Position numbers and translations under genes: made by a program. Under the pieces are notes generated by a model. The model searched no databases. It was not told the DNA's origin and saw only the letters and a program-made list of their open reading frames with translations. From positions 1 through 64,000 of the forward strand of contig JAWCPB010000001.1 of assembly GCA_038870455.1 (NCBI GenBank): a stretch of DNA of 64,000 bases, given 5' to 3'. Source of the stretch: Candidatus Micrarchaeia archaeon (lineage in GTDB: Archaea; Micrarchaeota; Micrarchaeia; Burarchaeales; JACRGF01). This document shows positions 46,171-55,755 of this stretch, in pieces. Positions within the stretch are counted from its first letter, which is position 1, and every line of letters begins with the position of its first letter.

Positions 46171-47463
46171 AGCGTCCTCGACCGCCTCCTTGAAGGCTTC
46201 GGGGAGCGTGGGGTGCGCGTGAATCGTTGAAGCGACGTCCTCTGCTTTCGCTTTGAGTTTGATCGCCAATGCGGCTTCGGCGATGAGCTCGCTGGCGTGG
46301 GCGCCGACGATAAGCGCGCCGCACAACACGCTCTTTTTGATGAAGACTTTCACAAAACCCATTTTTTCACCTATGCATGCGGCCTTGCTGCTCGCTGCGA
46401 AAGGAAACCTCCCCACCAAAACGCCGGTTTTTTCCTCGGTTTTGCCGACGCGCGCGATCTCGGGCTGGGTGAAAATGCAGGCAGGCAGCACGACCGAGTC
46501 AAAGGTTGTTTGCTCCCCCATGATGTTCTCCGCGGCGACTACTCCCTGTGCGCTGGCTTCGTGCGCGAGCCTTCCACCCGCGGCATCGCCAATGGCATAG
46601 ATGTTTGGAATGTTTGTCTGCATGCGCGCGTTCGTTTTGATCCCCCGCCCGTCGAATGCCACACCAACCGCCCGCAAGCTCGCCTCGTCGATATCTGGCT
46701 TTCTGCCGATGGCCACGAGAATCTTCTCAGCCTCCACTTTCTCTCCGCCAGCAATGATCGTTTCTCCATCAATTTTCTCGACTCTTTTTCCCAACACAAA
46801 ATGCACGCCCGCGCGCTTGAGGGAGTTGAAGAGAAGCTGGGAGGCTTCAGCGTCCTCGAAAGGGAGAATGCTGTCGGCCATCTCAATGACCGTCGTCTTC
46901 ACGCCGAGCGCGCTGAACGCGCACGCGAACTCAACACCTTCAACTCCGCCGCCGATGACTGCGATGGACTCCGGCTTCTCGCTTAGGCTCCATATTGTTT
47001 CGCTCGAGAGAATGTTTCCGCCGAAGCGGGCGAAAGGAAGCTCGGTGGGCAGCGAGCCTGTTGCGATGACAATATTATTTGTTTGAAGCTGCCTGCCTGC
47101 GGCTGCGACAGTGTTTCTTGACTTGATAACGCCGGTTCCTTGAATTATTTCGACGCCGTTGCTCTGGAGGAGGAGCTCTACGCCTTTCGAGAGGCTGGCC
47201 GCGATGGCACTCGCGCGCTTCATGGTTGCAGCAAAATCAACGGAGGCCGTTGCGTTGATGCCGAATGCCTTTGCCCTGCCTATTTTTTCGGCGAGCTCCG
47301 CCGATGCGAGCAGGGCTTTTGTGGGAATGCAGCCCGTGTTTGTGCAGGTTCCGCCCAGCTTCGCCCTTTCCACGAGCGCGACCTTTCCGCCGAGCTGTGC
47401 GGCGCGAATGGCGCAGACATACCCGCCCGGCCCTCCGCCGACCACGACGGCGTCAAAAGGCAA
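46117..47463 (-). CDS. lpdA: Dihydrolipoamide dehydrogenase (glycine cleavage L protein)
   Basis: GGGPGGY, redox motif GGTCTNTGCIPTK, HAHPTLPE. Likely TTG start at 47463. Confidence 0.94.
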   Translation of the reverse strand: MPFDAVVVGGGPGGYVCAIRAAQLGGKVALVERAKLGGTCTNTGCIPTKALLASAELAEKIGRAKAFGINATASVDFAATMKRASAIAASLSKGVELLLQSNGVEIIQGTGVIKSRNTVAAAGRQLQTNNIVIATGSLPTELPFARFGGNILSSETIWSLSEKPESIAVIGGGVEGVEFACAFSALGVKTTVIEMADSILPFEDAEASQLLFNSLKRAGVHFVLGKRVEKIDGETIIAGGEKVEAEKILVAIGRKPDIDEASLRAVGVAFDGRGIKTNARMQTNIPNIYAIGDAAGGRLAHEASAQGVVAAENIMGEQTTFDSVVLPACIFTQPEIARVGKTEEKTGVLVGRFPFAASSKAACIGEKMGFVKVFIKKSVLCGALIVGAHASELIAEAALAIKLKAKAEDVASTIHAHPTLPEAFKEAVEDALGRTIHLPGTKQKQPEE

Positions 47464-47474
47464 GGCCTCACCTG

Positions 47475-48194
47475 TTAGACCCTGTTCAGCCACTCCTCCG
47501 TGGCGTATTTGGTCTCTGCCAGCTCAGCCGCCCTTTCAAGTTCTTCTTTCGTGGGCTTGCTGGGCTCGAGCTGCGCGCCGAAGTGCGAGGAGAAGCCCCT
47601 TTTCAGCGCTTCCGCGACTTCTCCGAATTCCCTGTCCAGGCCGGTCACGCGCTCCTTCACGTTCTGGATGAGCTTGCCCCTCATCTTCTCATCGGGAACC
47701 TTGAGGAGGGAAAACATTTTCTCCACATCAACTTTCAGGAGAATCGTCCCGTGCTGGAGGAGAACTCCCTTTCTCCTCGTCTGTGCATTGCCGGAGAATT
47801 TCCTTCCGTTGCAGACCAGGTCGTTCAGGGGAACGAACTGGCCTTGAACGCCGATGCCGGCCAAGCCTTTAAGGATGGCGTCGCACACAAGGCGATACGA
47901 CGCGCGGATGTCAGCCGGATAGCTGCGGGTGATGAATGAGTAAGTGAGTTCTGCGTCGTGGAAAACCGCTCCCCCACCAGTAATCCTTCTGACGACATCG
48001 ACTCCAAGTTCTTCGCACTTTGCCACATCAACCTCTTCGGAAAGCCTCTGGAAATAGCCTATGGAGACAGCGGGCGGGTTCCACGCGTAAAGGCGCAGCG
48101 AAGGAACGTCGCCCGCCTGTTCCATCATGGCCTCGTCAAGCGCCATGTTCCAGAAGGCGTCATGCGAGCCTGTTTCGAGGAGCCTGATTCTCAA
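47475..48194 (-). CDS. lplA: Lipoate--protein ligase catalytic subunit
   Basis: NMALDEA, VRRITGGGAVFHD, KFSGNAQ, LQHGT. TTG start after a GGTGA SD. Confidence 0.9.
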   Translation of the reverse strand: MRIRLLETGSHDAFWNMALDEAMMEQAGDVPSLRLYAWNPPAVSIGYFQRLSEEVDVAKCEELGVDVVRRITGGGAVFHDAELTYSFITRSYPADIRASYRLVCDAILKGLAGIGVQGQFVPLNDLVCNGRKFSGNAQTRRKGVLLQHGTILLKVDVEKMFSLLKVPDEKMRGKLIQNVKERVTGLDREFGEVAEALKRGFSSHFGAQLEPSKPTKEELERAAELAETKYATEEWLNRV

Positions 48195-48198
48195 TGCA

Positions 48199-48471
48199 TC
48201 ACCTGCAGGCGGCCAGCACGGCCTGCGCCAGCTGCGCCGCATCAAACCCATACGCTTCCACGCCCGGGCGCTGGAGAAAGGCCTCCGCCTTTTTCTTTAT
48301 TTCCTCCTCGTTCACAGGCGTTCCCTCAAGCGCCTTCTCCAGCTCGGCGATGGCGTCCTCTGGGTAGAAAAAGAAGTCTCCAGTGATTTTAATGCGGCGA
48401 ATGACCTCGTCGAACTCCACGAAAATCTTGAGGAGTTTGCCTGCCTTGAAAACGCCCTTTCCACTCCTCAT
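48199..48471 (-). CDS. Lipoate--protein ligase C-terminal accessory subunit (LplB-like)
   Basis: K.GKLLK...[12 protein letters not shown]...LEKALEG; adjacent to lplA. Confidence 0.85.
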   Translation of the reverse strand: MRSGKGVFKAGKLLKIFVEFDEVIRRIKITGDFFFYPEDAIAELEKALEGTPVNEEEIKKKAEAFLQRPGVEAYGFDAAQLAQAVLAACR

Positions 48472-49877
48472 CCCACCTCACCCTGCCATCTGAGGTTCGG
48501 CTGTCTCGCCGCGAGCACGCCGTCAAGCCTCCCAACAGGCGTGGTCTGTGGAGCTTGCCTGAGCAGCTCCGGGTTTGATTCAGCCTCCTGCGCTATTTTA
48601 ATCATCGCATCCGCGAACGCGTCGAGCGTTGCCCTGCTCTCGGTTTCGGTTGGCTCAATCATGAGCGCTTCTTTTACAATGAGCGGGAAATAGATTGTGG
48701 GCGCATGGAAGCCATAGTCGAGCAGCCTCTTCGCGATGTCCATGGTGTGAATTCCTTTCGCGGCCTGCTTTTCTCCCGAGAGCACAAACTCGTGGCAGCA
48801 CACCCTGTCGAAAGGAGGCGCGTAGTGGTTCTTGAGTTTTTGCAGGAGGTAGTTTGCGTTTAGGATGGAGGCTTCGCCTGCTTCCTTCAGCCTCGGGCCC
48901 AGCGCGCGGATGTACGCGTATGCCCTGACCATCACGCCGAAGTTTCCCCAGAACGAGCGGACTTTGCCGATGGAGTCGGGCTTCCTGTAATCGAATGCGA
49001 ATCTGTCGCCTTTCCTGACTATGCGGGGAACAGGCAGGTATTTTTCAAGCTCTGCTTTCACTCCGATGGGGCCCGAGCCCGGCCCTCCGCCTCCGTGCGG
49101 AGTGGAGAAGGTCTTGTGGAGATTGACGTGAATCAAGTCAAACCCCTGGTCGCCCGGCCTGGTAAGGCCGAGCATGGCATTGAGGTTCGCTCCGTCGCAG
49201 TAGAAGAGAGCGCCCGCCTCATGCAGGATGCGCGCGATTTCCGAAATGTTCTCGTCAAAGAGGCCGAGCGTGTTCGGGTTTGTCAGCATAAGCATGGCGG
49301 TGTCGCCGTCAACGATGCGTTTCAGCTCAGCGATGTCCACCCCACCCCTGGCATCGCTCTTCACGGTGACGACCGCGAACCCGCACGTGGCGGCCGAGGC
49401 CGGATTGGTGCCGTGCGCGCTGTCCGGCAGGATGACCTTGCTTCTTTTTCCATTGAAGTGCTTTTTCGCAATCATGCAGGCGGTGAGCTCGCCGTGCGCG
49501 CCCGCGGCCGGCTGAAGCGAGAATGCGTCCATGCCGGTGATTTCGCAGAGATAACGCTCGAGCTCCCACATCAACTCAAGCGCGCCCTGGACTGTTTCTT
49601 CAGGCGCGAGCGGGTGGAGGCCGGAAAAGCCGGGCAGGCGGCAGGCGTCTTCATTGATTTTGGGATTGTATTTCATCGTGCAGGAGCCGAGGGGATAGAA
49701 GCCCGAATCCACGCCGTAGTTTTTCTGCGAAAGAGCCAGGTAGTGGCGGATCACATCGACTTCGCCGGCCTCAGGCATGGGGAGCTTTTCCCGCAGGAGT
49801 TCCTTCGGCAGATCAACTTCGTCCGCTTCTGGAACGTGCTCGGCCGGCTTGCTCTTCAGTTCGAACAGGAGCTTCAT
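48468..49877 (-). CDS. gcvPB: Glycine dehydrogenase (decarboxylating) subunit 2
   Basis: [45 protein letters not shown]. Confidence 0.97.
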   Translation of the reverse strand: MKLLFELKSKPAEHVPEADEVDLPKELLREKLPMPEAGEVDVIRHYLALSQKNYGVDSGFYPLGSCTMKYNPKINEDACRLPGFSGLHPLAPEETVQGALELMWELERYLCEITGMDAFSLQPAAGAHGELTACMIAKKHFNGKRSKVILPDSAHGTNPASAATCGFAVVTVKSDARGGVDIAELKRIVDGDTAMLMLTNPNTLGLFDENISEIARILHEAGALFYCDGANLNAMLGLTRPGDQGFDLIHVNLHKTFSTPHGGGGPGSGPIGVKAELEKYLPVPRIVRKGDRFAFDYRKPDSIGKVRSFWGNFGVMVRAYAYIRALGPRLKEAGEASILNANYLLQKLKNHYAPPFDRVCCHEFVLSGEKQAAKGIHTMDIAKRLLDYGFHAPTIYFPLIVKEALMIEPTETESRATLDAFADAMIKIAQEAESNPELLRQAPQTTPVGRLDGVLAARQPNLRWQGEVG

Positions 49878-51145
49878 GCAACCGCCTTCTCGACCACCGC
49901 AACAAATTCGTCGATGTCCGCGCTGGTCGTGGTTTCAGTTGCGCACAGCAGCCACTCCCGCCTGCCGAGCGGAATCCCTCCGAGCATGCCTTTCTTCAGC
50001 AGAGCTTTGTTGAGTTTCTTTGGCGAGACGGGCGTGCTGGCCGCAAACTCGTTGTAAAAAGGCTTGTCATGGAGGAGGGCGAAGCCGAGGGAGGCAAGCC
50101 TGCTCTGGAGCTCGTGCGCTCTCTTGAAGGAAAGCGCGGCAACCCTTTGGAGACCGCTTTTTCCGAGGAGAGCCAGGTAAATCGTTGCGGCGAGCGTGTT
50201 GAGCGCGTGATTGGTGCAGATGTTTGAAGTCGCCCTCTCCCTCCTGATGTGCTGCTCCCTCGCCTGCAGGGTGAGGATGAAGCCCCTCTGCCCTCTTGAA
50301 TCGACAGTCATCCCGGCAAGCCTTCCTGGCATCTTCTTTACGTGCTCGCTCCTCACCGCCATGAAAGCACCGTAGGGGCCTCCGAAATTCAACCCGTTGC
50401 CAAAGGCCTGCAGCTCTCCGACAACAATATCCGCGCCATAGTCCCCCGGGGGCTTGAGGAGCGCGAGCGAAGTCGGGTCAGAGACCGCCACAACCAAAAG
50501 CGCGCCCGCCGCGTGTGCGGCTTCAGCGAATTCATCCACCCTCTCAATGCAGCCGAAGTAATTCGGATTCTGAACAATCGCGCATGCGGTTTTTTCTGAA
50601 ATCTTTTTTCCAATCCTGAAGCCGCATGATTTCGCATATGTTCTCAGCGTCTTTTCGTATTCCGGGTTCAGCGGGTTGGCGATGAACGCCTCGCGCCTGC
50701 CCGTTTCCGAGCGCGAGAGGAAAAAGGCTTCGGCGAGCGCAGAGCCGGTCTCGTAGAGGCCTGCGTTTGCGGCGTCCATGCCGGTGAGCAGACAGATCAG
50801 AGTCTGGAATTCGTAGATTGCCTGGAGAGTCCCCTGGCTGACCTCCGGCTGGTATGGTGTATAAGCGGTGTAGAATTCTCCCCTGAGGAGAAGGTGATTG
50901 ACTGCGGAAGGAATGTAATGATTATAGGCCCCCCCTCCACGGAAAACCCGCAGGAGCTTGTTCTTCTCACTCAGGGCCTTCATATGGCTTGCGAGCTCCA
51001 GCTCGCTCATCGGCTGCGGGAGGTCGAGTGGCCTGTTAAGCAAGGGAGCGAGCCCTGCTTTCTGGATGAGCTCATTCACGCTCGCCGCGCCAACTGCAGA
51101 GAGCATGGCGCGTTTGTCTTCTTCGGTCAGGGGAATGAAGTTCAT
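49874..51145 (-). CDS. gcvPA: Glycine dehydrogenase (decarboxylating) subunit 1
   Basis: [14 protein letters not shown] and [17 protein letters not shown]. Confidence 0.97.
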   Translation of the reverse strand: MNFIPLTEEDKRAMLSAVGAASVNELIQKAGLAPLLNRPLDLPQPMSELELASHMKALSEKNKLLRVFRGGGAYNHYIPSAVNHLLLRGEFYTAYTPYQPEVSQGTLQAIYEFQTLICLLTGMDAANAGLYETGSALAEAFFLSRSETGRREAFIANPLNPEYEKTLRTYAKSCGFRIGKKISEKTACAIVQNPNYFGCIERVDEFAEAAHAAGALLVVAVSDPTSLALLKPPGDYGADIVVGELQAFGNGLNFGGPYGAFMAVRSEHVKKMPGRLAGMTVDSRGQRGFILTLQAREQHIRRERATSNICTNHALNTLAATIYLALLGKSGLQRVAALSFKRAHELQSRLASLGFALLHDKPFYNEFAASTPVSPKKLNKALLKKGMLGGIPLGRREWLLCATETTTSADIDEFVAVVEKAVA

Positions 51146-51156
51146 GGCAAAAACCG

Positions 51157-51531
51157 TTAGTGCTGAGGTGCGCTCTTCGTGTATTCTTCGTACGCCTTTT
51201 CATCCATCAGCTTGTCGAGTTCTTTGAGGTTGGCCGGCTTGAGCTTGACCATCCAGCCCTTCTCGTACGGGGATTGATTGACCAGTTGGGGAGCAGTGAG
51301 CAGCTCGGAATTCACCTCGACTACCTCCCCGGATACCGGAGCGTATACGTCGCTGCTCGCCTTCATGGAATCGACAACAGCGATGGAATCGCCCTGTTTG
51401 AACTTGGCGCCGACCTTCGGGAGCTCGAGCGAGACGATGTCGCCCAAGGCCTTTTGGGCGAAGTCCGTGATTCCGACAAACGCAAGCCCTTCCTTGATTT
51501 CCACCCACTCGTGTTCTTTGGTGAATCTCAT
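51157..51531 (-). CDS. gcvH: Glycine cleavage system H protein
   Basis: HEWV, GITDFAQ, lipoyl-Lys motif DSMKASSD, PVSG, PY..GW. Confidence 0.96.
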   Translation of the reverse strand: MRFTKEHEWVEIKEGLAFVGITDFAQKALGDIVSLELPKVGAKFKQGDSIAVVDSMKASSDVYAPVSGEVVEVNSELLTAPQLVNQSPYEKGWMVKLKPANLKELDKLMDEKAYEEYTKSAPQH

Positions 51532-51550
51532 CCTACTCGCCTCCCAACAC

Positions 51551-52636
51551 CTACTTTCTTTCAATTTTATAAAATCTATGGCTTGTTGTCCTCGCCGGGA
51601 AAAGCCTCTCTCTTATTTTGATTTGAATCTGGCTCCCGAGAGGCAAATCCACGGGAACAAAACAAAAGCCGATGGGCTTGCCGAGCGTCGGGGAGAAAGT
51701 GCCGCTCGTCACCACGTCGAATTGTTTCCCGTTCACGAAAACCTCGTTGCCATGCCTGGGGACAGCGCGCTCTAGAAGCTCAAACCCCACCAGCTTGCGC
51801 TTTGGAGGGTTTGCGAGAAGCGCCCCTTTGCCGATGAAATCCCCTTTGTCGAACTTGACCGTCCATGCCAGGGGCGCCTCGAGCGGGGTGATGTCATCCG
51901 TTATGTCGTTCCCATACAGCATGAGGCCCGCCTCAAGGCGCAGCGTGTCGCGCGCGCCCAGCCCGCAGGGCTTTATGCCGAACTCCGCGCCGGCTTCCAT
52001 GAGCGCGTGCCACATCTTTTCAGCATGCTCGGGGGAAAAGTAAATCTCGAAGCCGTCTTCTCCAGTGTAGCCTGTCCTCGAGACGAGGCAGGGCACGCCC
52101 GCGACAGGAAATTCGGCGAAGTGGAAGTAGGCGATGGAAGAGAGGTTGAAATCGGTGAGCTTCTGCAGAGTCGCCTGTGCCTTAGGCCCCTGCAGCGCGA
52201 GCTCCGCTACCTCGCTGCTGATGTTGCGCAACTCCGCCCCCTGCCGATTGTGTGCGTTCATCCAAGCCCAGTCCTTGTCGGTGGTGGAGGCGTTTACCAC
52301 AATGAAAAAATCGTCGGCTTTCCGGCGATATACGAGCAGGTCATCCACAACACCCCCTCGCTCGTTGCACATTGGGGAGTAGAGGGCCTGTCCGTCGGCG
52401 AGTTTTGAGGCATCGTTTGTGATGATGTGCTGAATGAAGGCGAGCGCGTTTTCTCCCTTCACTTCAATCTCCCCCATGTGCGAAACATCGAAGAGCCCCA
52501 CTGCTTTTCTCACGGCATCGTGTTCTTCTATGATGGAGGAATACTGTACGGGCATCTCCCACCCGCCGAATTCCACCATCTTGGCGCCCAACGAACGATG
52601 GATGGCGTTGAACGGTGTGCTCTTCATCGGAACCAC
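51551..52636 (-). CDS. gcvT: Glycine cleavage system T protein (aminomethyltransferase)
   Basis: FGGWEMPVQY, FDVSHMG, RTGYTGEDGFE, GLGARDTLRLEAG. Confidence 0.97.
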   Translation of the reverse strand: MVPMKSTPFNAIHRSLGAKMVEFGGWEMPVQYSSIIEEHDAVRKAVGLFDVSHMGEIEVKGENALAFIQHIITNDASKLADGQALYSPMCNERGGVVDDLLVYRRKADDFFIVVNASTTDKDWAWMNAHNRQGAELRNISSEVAELALQGPKAQATLQKLTDFNLSSIAYFHFAEFPVAGVPCLVSRTGYTGEDGFEIYFSPEHAEKMWHALMEAGAEFGIKPCGLGARDTLRLEAGLMLYGNDITDDITPLEAPLAWTVKFDKGDFIGKGALLANPPKRKLVGFELLERAVPRHGNEVFVNGKQFDVVTSGTFSPTLGKPIGFCFVPVDLPLGSQIQIKIRERLFPARTTSHRFYKIERK

Positions 52637-52679
52637 GCTCTCGGGAATGATTTAAAGTCATTTTTTATAATTACCTGTC

Positions 52680-54029
52680 ATGACCTCGCTCACCTTTTTC
52701 GGTGGCGTGAATGAGATAGGCGGCAACAAAATACTCATCGAGGACCGAGCTACGCGCGTCTTCCTTGATTTTGGCCAGTCCTTTACGCTGCTTGATGGTT
52801 TTTTCGTGCCCGAGGCCTTCCTCAAGCCCCGCGAGCGGTTCGGCCTGCGCGACCTGCTCGCGCTCGGCCTCATACCGAGCCTTCCCGGCCTTTATTCAAA
52901 AAAGGCGCTGTCGCACTCAGAACTGAAATTCAGCGACCCCAAGTTCCACGGCATCTTCATCACACATGCGCACTTTGACCACGTGGCGCACCTCGAGTAC
53001 CTGCATCCAGAAATCCCCATTTACCTCGGCGAGTGCACAAAGCTCATCTTGGACTCGATGCAGCAGACCATGGCCGGCGTGGAGCTTTACTCCGAGGAAA
53101 ACAAGATTGAAACCTTCAGGACTGGCAAGGAAATCAGGGTGGATTCGATTTCCCTCAAGCCTTTTCATGTGGACCACTCGGTCCCGGGCGCATACGGCTA
53201 CATCGTGGCAACGAGCGAGGGCACGATGGCCTACACCGGCGACCTGCGCATGCACGGTCCGCGCGCCGACATGACGGGCGAGTTCGTGGAAAAGGCGGGC
53301 GAGAGCGATGCCGACGCCCTCATCATCGAGGGCACGCGCGTGCAGCCCGAGGAAAAGAGAAAGAATCACTCCGAGCAGGTGGTGTTGGAGGAGTCGATGA
53401 GGCTGGCGCGCGAGAGCAAGGGGTTCATACTCGCCATGCGCTACCCGCGCGACATAGACCGCTTCCGCACCTTCTATACGGTGGCTAAGGCGACGGGCAG
53501 GCAGCTCGTGATCTCGACAAAAACAGCACATCTTTTGCGCACGCTTCAGCGAGACCCACAGCTCAGGCTGCCCGACCCCCTCTCGGACCCCAACCTGCTC
53601 ATCCACGACAGGCGCCTGCTCAGGCCCGGGCTGTGGGAGGAGCCCTTTCTCCAGCATGCCGTAACCTCGGGTTTTATCCGGGAAAATCAGTCAAAGCTGA
53701 TTGTTGAGCTTGACTTCTATGCCCTGCCCGAGCTCATCGACATCCGCCCCGCGGGCGGAGACTGCATTCACTCCATGAGCGAGCCGTTCGAGGAGGATCC
53801 CCTCTCTCAAATTTCTGACGAGGTGCTCGACAACTGGCTGAATCTGTTCGGCTTAAGGAAACACCAGCTGCATGCCTCCGGCCATGCCAGCAAGAGCCAG
53901 ATTTTCGAGATGATTGAAAGGATAGGGCCGAAGAAAGTCTTCCCAATACACACGCTGAACCAGAGCCTATTCAGAGAAGCGAACGAGAAAACAGTGGTGG
54001 TGGAAAAGGGGAAAAAATACATTCTGTGA
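52680..54029 (+). CDS. Metallo-beta-lactamase / beta-CASP ribonuclease (RNase J-like)
   Basis: GGVNEIGGN, THAHFDH, VDHS, YTGD, HASGHA, PIHT. Confidence 0.85.
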   Translation: MTSLTFFGGVNEIGGNKILIEDRATRVFLDFGQSFTLLDGFFVPEAFLKPRERFGLRDLLALGLIPSLPGLYSKKALSHSELKFSDPKFHGIFITHAHFDHVAHLEYLHPEIPIYLGECTKLILDSMQQTMAGVELYSEENKIETFRTGKEIRVDSISLKPFHVDHSVPGAYGYIVATSEGTMAYTGDLRMHGPRADMTGEFVEKAGESDADALIIEGTRVQPEEKRKNHSEQVVLEESMRLARESKGFILAMRYPRDIDRFRTFYTVAKATGRQLVISTKTAHLLRTLQRDPQLRLPDPLSDPNLLIHDRRLLRPGLWEEPFLQHAVTSGFIRENQSKLIVELDFYALPELIDIRPAGGDCIHSMSEPFEEDPLSQISDEVLDNWLNLFGLRKHQLHASGHASKSQIFEMIERIGPKKVFPIHTLNQSLFREANEKTVVVEKGKKYIL

Positions 54030-54047
54030 TTTTTGGCGCGACACGAA

Positions 54048-54686
54048 TTAGGCAGGAACCGTCTCATTCCTGTAAAGAGTCACGCTCCTCGTTTTCGTTA
54101 CATTGGCCTTCCTGGGGAGCTCAGCGTAATGCACGCCGTCGTGCGGGAGGATTGTTATCCGCACGTTGCCAAGGTCGATGTAACAGGAGTAGGGTCCGAC
54201 ATACTGCTCGGGCTTGAAGATGCCCGACGGCAGGACCACCTCGCGGCCAGACAACGCGTACATCTCGGTCACCACGTTGCTCACCCGAAAGTGGAGGTTG
54301 TGCTGCGGCGCGCTGTCCATCACGCCATCATACTCAGCATTGAAATACACGTGAAACGGGTTGGGGTTTGACAGCACGAGCGAGGCGGCGCATTCCTCCT
54401 CGCTGTCAGAAACGTTCTGCGAGCGCACGATGGACAGGTTCTTCACCTCCACATTCTGCGGGCCCGCGAGCACGCGCGCCATGAGCTCAACCTCTTCCAC
54501 ATAAGTTTCATTGACTTCATAAGGAACGAGGACCGTGCGCGTGGCCGGGGTGATGTTTGCAGGAGGCGCGGGCGGGATAATTGGCGGCGTGGCATTCTGC
54601 GTGACGTTCGGCGCTGGCGGGGGCGGGAGAAGCGGGCATCCCAGCAGGAGCATGGCGATGGCAGCCACGAGCGCGAGGCGTTTCAT
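54048..54686 (-). CDS. Putative lipoprotein
   Basis: Start at MKRLALVAA, LLGC lipobox, Pro-rich linker. Confidence 0.65.
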   Translation of the reverse strand: MKRLALVAAIAMLLLGCPLLPPPPAPNVTQNATPPIIPPAPPANITPATRTVLVPYEVNETYVEEVELMARVLAGPQNVEVKNLSIVRSQNVSDSEEECAASLVLSNPNPFHVYFNAEYDGVMDSAPQHNLHFRVSNVVTEMYALSGREVVLPSGIFKPEQYVGPYSCYIDLGNVRITILPHDGVHYAELPRKANVTKTRSVTLYRNETVPA

Positions 54687-54741
54687 TTTCCCTATTGCAC
54701 ATTGAAAAGCTATCTTTAAATACCAATAACTGCATAAAAAA

Positions 54742-55740
54742 TTGCTCGTGCAACAAATCACCAAAAGGGAGGCAGCCCGCATCCGCTTCGCCGCGCGTGT
54801 TTTTGCCGGTGGCACAAACAAAGATACAGAGGACTTTGAACGCATTCTGAAAAAGCTCTATGTGGGGGAAGGGCTCGAGAAGAGAAAAACAAAGCCCACT
54901 GAGATAGATCCGGACATCGTGGCAGGAAACAAACTTGCTCTGAAAATTAGAGAACACCCTCTATACGACGAAATTCGTAAGCTTCCCATTGGAAACACAG
55001 CGGATCGCGTGACGACTTCTCTTGTTTTTTATTACGGCATTGAAGGCGAGGATGTTCCGAGGGCCAAAGATTTCGTGAACGCGCTGCTGGAAAAGAACCC
55101 GGCCATTAACGAAAGCCCGGCCAAAATCTACGCTGGCTTGAAGTCGCCATCGGACGACATTGCCGCGGGTGCGGCCGAAAAGCTCTTTCTCACGCGCTCG
55201 CCCAGCGCGCCGCGCATTCTTCTCGCAATGTTGGCCAGCAGCGCCCGTTCGGGCCGTGCGACGCTGCTTGAGAAGGTCAAGGGCCTGCTGGCAGAGGCTG
55301 CGTTGCAGTCAGAAGAAAATTTCAGGAAAATCTCCATAGGGCTGGCGCGGCTTATTCCAAAAGGAGAGGAAGTCAGGAAGGCCGCCGAGGAAGTGCTGTA
55401 TGCGCTTTTCTGGCACGACATTCCGGCCTTTCTCACATCGCTTAAGGAAAGCCGGCTGGCAAAAACGATCATCGCGGGAGGGACGGTCACAGCGCTCGTT
55501 GGGCTGGCCCACGCAGGAAGCGAGGGGGTTGAGGCCGCAAGAGCTCTTTTGGCCAAAAACTTCTGGGGGGCGCTAGCTAACGTCGTCTCGATGGCGCTTA
55601 ATCTGGTTCCCGCCGCTTTTGGCGCGCTGTTCGCCAACAAATATCTCGCATCCTACACCGAGCTGGCCAACGATGTACAGACGCTGATAGGCGAGGCCTG
55701 GAGAAAAGCGGAAGCGTTCCTTTCCGCCAAAGTCGCGTGA
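54742..55740 (+). CDS. Hypothetical alpha-helical protein with C-terminal hydrophobic segments
   Basis: 332-aa ORF filling the gap; TATA-like TTTAAATA upstream. Confidence 0.55.
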   Translation: MLVQQITKREAARIRFAARVFAGGTNKDTEDFERILKKLYVGEGLEKRKTKPTEIDPDIVAGNKLALKIREHPLYDEIRKLPIGNTADRVTTSLVFYYGIEGEDVPRAKDFVNALLEKNPAINESPAKIYAGLKSPSDDIAAGAAEKLFLTRSPSAPRILLAMLASSARSGRATLLEKVKGLLAEAALQSEENFRKISIGLARLIPKGEEVRKAAEEVLYALFWHDIPAFLTSLKESRLAKTIIAGGTVTALVGLAHAGSEGVEAARALLAKNFWGALANVVSMALNLVPAAFGALFANKYLASYTELANDVQTLIGEAWRKAEAFLSAKVA

Positions 55741-55755
55741 GGCGTGCCGCAAGAC

